The notes under the pieces are model-generated. The model searched no databases. It was not told the origin of the DNA and saw only the letters and a list, made by a program, of their open reading frames with translations. The position numbers were made by a program, and so were the translations under genes. A DNA stretch of 64,000 nucleotides, taken from assembly GCA_963621665.1 (NCBI GenBank), contig CAVFEZ010000005.1, positions 6,005-70,004 on the forward strand, written 5' to 3'. How positions within the stretch are numbered: position 1 is the stretch's first letter; each line of letters opens with the position of its first letter. Shown in pieces: positions 59,529 to 64,000 of this stretch. This DNA is from Akkermansia muciniphila (lineage in GTDB: Bacteria; Bacteroidota; Bacteroidia; Bacteroidales; Bacteroidaceae).

Positions 59529-59712
59529 ATATAACCCGTGAGGCACAGCTTCACTTACAATACACAGGGGATGAGGTAAAACAAACGGTTTCAGACCGCC
59601 ATACCTCATCCTCTGCATTGTATAGACAGGTGCTAAAAATCCAATAATTATAGATCAGGCAGATTCCACAGAGAATAGAAACGCCGCCATTTATCAAGAA
59701 CAAGCAGAACAG

Positions 59713-60567
59713 ATGAAACTGAATCTGAAAAAGCCCCTCATCGTATTCGACCTGGAAGCAACAGGACTCGACCTTGTAAACGACCGCATCATACAACTGT
59801 CATACATAAAGGTATTCCCCGACGGTCAGGAAGAAAGAAAAACCTATAACATTAACCCCGGGAAAAATATTCCTCAAGAAGTAGCAGAACTGACCGGCAT
59901 TTCAAACGACGATGTAAAAGACAGTCCCCGATTTGCAGAACTGGCCAACCAACTGAGCGCCGAGATGAAAGGATGCGACTTTGCCGGCTACAATTCCAAC
60001 CACTTCGACATACCATTGCTGGCAGAGGAATTTCTACGGGCCGGCATAGACTTCGATTTCTCAAAGTGCCGGCTCATTGACGCACAGACCATCTTCCACA
60101 AGATGGAGCGCCGCAATCTGGCAGCCGCCTACAAGTTCTTTTGCGGACGCAAGATGGAAGACGACTTTGTCGCCCATCGCGCCGACAACGACACTGAAGC
60201 CACCTACCGCGTACTGATGGGAGAACTCGATATGTACAACCCTGAAACACAGGAAGATCCGGAACGGCACCTCGAAAACGATATGGACACGTTGGCCGAA
60301 TTCTCCAAAAACAACGACAACGTAGATTTCGCGGGTCGCATTGTATGGAAAGCCGCCAAAGGACAAGACGGAAAACCGATTCTTGACAAAGACGGAAAAG
60401 AATGCAAAGTGGAAACTTTCAATTTCGGAAAATACAAAGGACAACCCGTTGCTGACGTACTGCGCCGCGACCAGGGATATTTCAGTTGGATGCTGTCAGG
60501 CGATTTCACCTACAACACCAAACAGGTACTCACCCGGATCCGTCTTCGCGAAATGCAAAACAAATAA
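59713..60567 (+). CDS. DEDDh 3'-5' exonuclease (DnaQ/epsilon-like)
   Basis: FDLEATG, GYNSNHFD, HRADND; C-terminal FGKYKG domain. Confidence 0.9.
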   Translation: MKLNLKKPLIVFDLEATGLDLVNDRIIQLSYIKVFPDGQEERKTYNINPGKNIPQEVAELTGISNDDVKDSPRFAELANQLSAEMKGCDFAGYNSNHFDIPLLAEEFLRAGIDFDFSKCRLIDAQTIFHKMERRNLAAAYKFFCGRKMEDDFVAHRADNDTEATYRVLMGELDMYNPETQEDPERHLENDMDTLAEFSKNNDNVDFAGRIVWKAAKGQDGKPILDKDGKECKVETFNFGKYKGQPVADVLRRDQGYFSWMLSGDFTYNTKQVLTRIRLREMQNK

Positions 60568-60624
60568 TCCTCCACCATCCATAAACAGGACAAGGGAAAG
60601 ACACGACACACAAGAATACTACAC

Positions 60625-61824
60625 ATGCTGAAAGGAAAAAAAATAGTATTGGGCATCACCGGTTCCATTGCAGCCTATAAAGCCTGCCTCATCATCAGAG
60701 GACTCATCAAGAAGGGTGCAGAAGTGCAAGTTGTCATCACACCGGCCGGCAAGGAATTTATCACCCCCATTACACTGTCGGCTCTAACCCACAAGCCTGT
60801 CATTAGCGATTTTTTCTCCCAACGTGACGGCACATGGCATTCACATGTAGACTTGGGTATTTGGGCCGATGCCATGCTTATTGCACCCTGCACCGCCAGT
60901 ACGCTCGGGAAAATGGCCAACGGCATCGCTGACAACATGCTCATCACAACCTACCTGTCCATGAAGGCCCCCGTATTTGTCGCCCCTGCCATGGACCTTG
61001 ATATGTACGCGCACCCCTCGACAAAAGCCAATTTGGAGCGGCTGGCCGGTTACGGCAACCACATCATAGAACCAGGTGACGGATTTCTTGCCAGCGGACT
61101 CGAGGGAAAAGGGAGAATGGAAGAGCCCGAAAACATTGTCGCACATCTCGACCGCTTTTTCGACCAAACAGATACACAGTCGCAACTTCACGGGAAACGC
61201 GTACTTGTCACAGCCGGCCCGACATACGAGAAGATAGACCCGGTACGGTTTATCGGCAACTACTCAAGCGGGAAAATGGGCTTTTCCATTGCCGAAGAGT
61301 GTCTGAAGCGTGGTGCTGACGTGACCCTCATATCCGGCCCTGTGGCACTGACATGTCCATCCGGCATCCACCGTATCGACGTGGAATGTTGCGAAGACAT
61401 GTACAATGCCACCACCAACGCATTTCCCGATACCGATATTGCCATACTCTGCGCTGCCGTGGCTGACTTCAAACCAGAAGAGGTTGCCTCACAGAAGATC
61501 AAGCGACATGGCGAGAATCTCACCCTCACGCTCTCCCCTACACACGACATCGCAGCGGCCATAGGCCAACAGAAGCGCAAAGACCAAGTGATTGTCGCTT
61601 TCGCCCTCGAAACCAACGACGAGGAAGAGAACGCTAAAAGAAAATTGGAAAAGAAAAATGCCGACTTCATCGTGATGAACAGTCTGCGCAACTCCGGCAC
61701 ATGCTTCCGCACCGACGACAACCAGATATCCATCATCGGAGCATCAGGGATAAAGACCTTTCCCAAAAAGCCGAAAGAGGAGGTGGCCAAAGATATCATA
61801 GACCACCTGTGTACACAACTATAG
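60625..61824 (+). CDS. coaBC: Phosphopantothenoylcysteine decarboxylase/synthase
   Basis: GITGSIAAYK, APAMD, TAGPTYEKIDPVRFIGNYSSGKMG, AAVADF, FALET. Confidence 0.96.
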   Translation: MLKGKKIVLGITGSIAAYKACLIIRGLIKKGAEVQVVITPAGKEFITPITLSALTHKPVISDFFSQRDGTWHSHVDLGIWADAMLIAPCTASTLGKMANGIADNMLITTYLSMKAPVFVAPAMDLDMYAHPSTKANLERLAGYGNHIIEPGDGFLASGLEGKGRMEEPENIVAHLDRFFDQTDTQSQLHGKRVLVTAGPTYEKIDPVRFIGNYSSGKMGFSIAEECLKRGADVTLISGPVALTCPSGIHRIDVECCEDMYNATTNAFPDTDIAILCAAVADFKPEEVASQKIKRHGENLTLTLSPTHDIAAAIGQQKRKDQVIVAFALETNDEEENAKRKLEKKNADFIVMNSLRNSGTCFRTDDNQISIIGASGIKTFPKKPKEEVAKDIIDHLCTQL

Positions 61825-61843
61825 TCCAAAACCAAGTGTCAAT

Positions 61844-62752
61844 ATGAGAAATGCTGCCACAATACTGATTGTCATCCTGTCTCTTCTCGCCGACATCGCC
61901 AAGGGACAAGAACTCAACGCCAAGATCACAATCAACCACAACCAGATTCAGGGCACGGATGTCAGCGTATTTGACGACTTGCAGAACAATCTCACGCAGT
62001 TCGTCAACGAACGGCAATGGACCAACCTGCAATTCCAAAAAAACGAACGCATATCCTGCAACTTCAATATCACGGTGACACAGTACGACAATTCCACCAA
62101 CGTATTCACGTGCAAAGCACTCATACAGGCCAACCGCCCCGTATACAACGCATCATATACCACGACTATATACAACAACACCGACAACGACTTCAATTTC
62201 ACCTACGCTCAGTTCGACCAACTGCAGTTTAACGACGAGAACGTTGACAACCAGCTCACCGCACTTATCGCCTACTATGCCTACCTCATCATCGGCATCA
62301 ACCTCGACACGTTCTCACCCATGGGAGGCGAAGATGTACTGCAACGCTGTATGAACCTCACCAACAACAGCCAAAACCTTAACTACCCCGGATGGAAGGC
62401 CTTCGACAGCGACCGCAACCGCTTCGCCATCATCAACGACTACCTTGACGGTGCTATGAAACCGTTCCGTCAACTACAGTACGACTACTACCGCAACGGT
62501 CTCGACGAAATGACCAACAATGCAGACCGCGGGCGCACAAATATCACGACCGCCATCGAAGAGAACTTGAAAAAATGCCATGCTGACCGCCCGCTCAGCC
62601 TTCTGCCTCAGATATGGACAGACTACAAGCGCGACGAACTGTCGAATATATACAAGGGAAAGGGCACGCAGAAAGAAAAAGAGTCCGTCTACGACATCCT
62701 CTTCTCCATCAACGCCAGCCAAAACTCTGCCTGGGAGAAGATCAAGGAATGA
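61844..62752 (+). CDS. DUF4835 / PorD-like exported protein
   Basis: Signal peptide-QELNA, RPVYNASY, AYYAYLIIG..DTFS..GG, YYR.GLD; conserved position between coaBC and recN. Confidence 0.82.
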   Translation: MRNAATILIVILSLLADIAKGQELNAKITINHNQIQGTDVSVFDDLQNNLTQFVNERQWTNLQFQKNERISCNFNITVTQYDNSTNVFTCKALIQANRPVYNASYTTTIYNNTDNDFNFTYAQFDQLQFNDENVDNQLTALIAYYAYLIIGINLDTFSPMGGEDVLQRCMNLTNNSQNLNYPGWKAFDSDRNRFAIINDYLDGAMKPFRQLQYDYYRNGLDEMTNNADRGRTNITTAIEENLKKCHADRPLSLLPQIWTDYKRDELSNIYKGKGTQKEKESVYDILFSINASQNSAWEKIKE

Positions 62753-62807
62753 AGACGGGGCTGAATATCAACTCAATGTATTTTTGAATTTTAGAAAACA
62801 TACAGCC

Positions 62808-64000
62808 ATGCTGCAACAACTCTATATACAGAATTTCACCCTCATCGACAAACTCGAGATGTGTTTCCATCCGGGTTTTTCCGTCATCACCGGTGAGACT
62901 GGAGCCGGAAAGAGTATCATCATCGGCGCCATCGGACTTCTGCTCGGCAACCGGGCCGACGCCAAACAAGTGAAGACCGGTACCAGCAAGTGCATTGTCG
63001 AAGCCACATTCGACCTTACTCCCTACGAGCAAGCCCCACTTGTCAAGTTCTTCGATGACAACGATCTCGACTACCAGCACGGCGAATGCATCCTGCACCG
63101 CGAAGTAAGCGCTACAGGCAAAAGCCGTGCTTTCATCAACGACACCCCAGTCACGCTCACAACCCTACGGGAACTTGGCGGACAACTCGTAGACATTCAT
63201 AGCCAGCACCAAAATCTTCTGCTGGCCAAGGAAGACTTCCAAATGGAAGTAGTCGACATCATGGCCCATGACAAAATACAGCTGGGCACCTACCAAAACG
63301 CATTTCATCAATACAAGACAGCACTCGCCGAACTCGAGCAATTGCGCAACCTTATCGCGGAAAGACGCAAAAGCGAAGATTTCATCAGATACCAATACAA
63401 CGAGCTCTGCGAAGCAAACCTTCAAGAAAACGAGCAGGAGGAACTGGAGCAGGCCAGCGAAATGATGTCACACGCCGAAGAGATCAAGAGCGTACTTCAC
63501 GAAACCGACAACCTACTCAACGATGAGGAGAGCGGCATCGTGGAACGCACCCGCAACATGGCCAACCTACTCCACGGCATAGAGGACGCCTTCCCCATCG
63601 CCAAAGACCTTGCCGACCGTATCGACAACTGCTTCATTGACATGAAGGACATCTCACGCGAACTGTCCCTACACGCCGACGACGTGGAGTTTGAACCGCA
63701 AAGGTTGCAAGAGACCAATACCAGGCTCGACCTCATCTACACTCTTGAACAGAAATACGCTGCCGCGACAGTGGCCGAACTGATTGCACAAAAAGAGACT
63801 CTCGGCACTCAACTTGATAGCGTAGAACACAGTGATGAGCAATTGGCCCAACAAGAAGAACAGGTAATACGCTTGCTCGAAGAATGCAACCAATGCGCAG
63901 CCGCCCTCACAACGCTCCGCAGAAAATCGGCAACCGCCATCGAAAAGGAACTTTCCACACGGCTTGTCCCCCTCGGCATACCCAAAATCCGCTTCCAGGT
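62808..64000 (+). CDS. recN: DNA repair protein RecN, 5' part, truncated by window edge
   Basis: MLQQLYIQNFTLID...ITGETGAGKS, GKSRAFIND.PV, DIHSQHQ; open to the window end. Confidence 0.95.
   Translation, partial: MLQQLYIQNFTLIDKLEMCFHPGFSVITGETGAGKSIIIGAIGLLLGNRADAKQVKTGTSKCIVEATFDLTPYEQAPLVKFFDDNDLDYQHGECILHREVSATGKSRAFINDTPVTLTTLRELGGQLVDIHSQHQNLLLAKEDFQMEVVDIMAHDKIQLGTYQNAFHQYKTALAELEQLRNLIAERRKSEDFIRYQYNELCEANLQENEQEELEQASEMMSHAEEIKSVLHETDNLLNDEESGIVERTRNMANLLHGIEDAFPIAKDLADRIDNCFIDMKDISRELSLHADDVEFEPQRLQETNTRLDLIYTLEQKYAAATVAELIAQKETLGTQLDSVEHSDEQLAQQEEQVIRLLEECNQCAAALTTLRRKSATAIEKELSTRLVPLGIPKIRFQ

Overview
Chromosomal window from a Bacteroidota genome, most likely Prevotella-like. 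This is inferred from TAnnTTTG promoters, a SusC/SusD pair, the Bat operon, TamB/TamL, a T9SS-tailed protease and the dnaN-exonuclease-coaBC-porD-recN block. Most of it is housekeeping: GHL10 hydrolase, TetR-fabG-rluA-tamB-tamL, ferredoxin, M6 protease, AddAB, ugd, rmlB/rmlD, fhs, queA, moxR-DUF58-bat and maf. The standout is a self-contained four-gene operon at 50491-57622, with its own promoter and terminator. It encodes a vWA/MIDAS-like lipoprotein, a 4-TM membrane protein, a divergent tubulin/FtsZ-like GTPase and a 1157-aa protein with a complete actin/Hsp70-type ATPase fold, i.e. a candidate envelope-spanning tubulin-plus-actin system. Secondary observations: two palindromic mini-arrays of 21-22-bp period with a shared core architecture, a GTAG REP-like cluster, a CAZyme-free SusCD-lipoprotein locus, a BatD-BatE fusion, an internally duplicated orphan upstream of fhs, and a GC-rich dome over about 28-43 kb. 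No rRNA, tRNA, CRISPR array, transposase or integrase was seen. All assignments come from motif recognition by eye; no searches were run.
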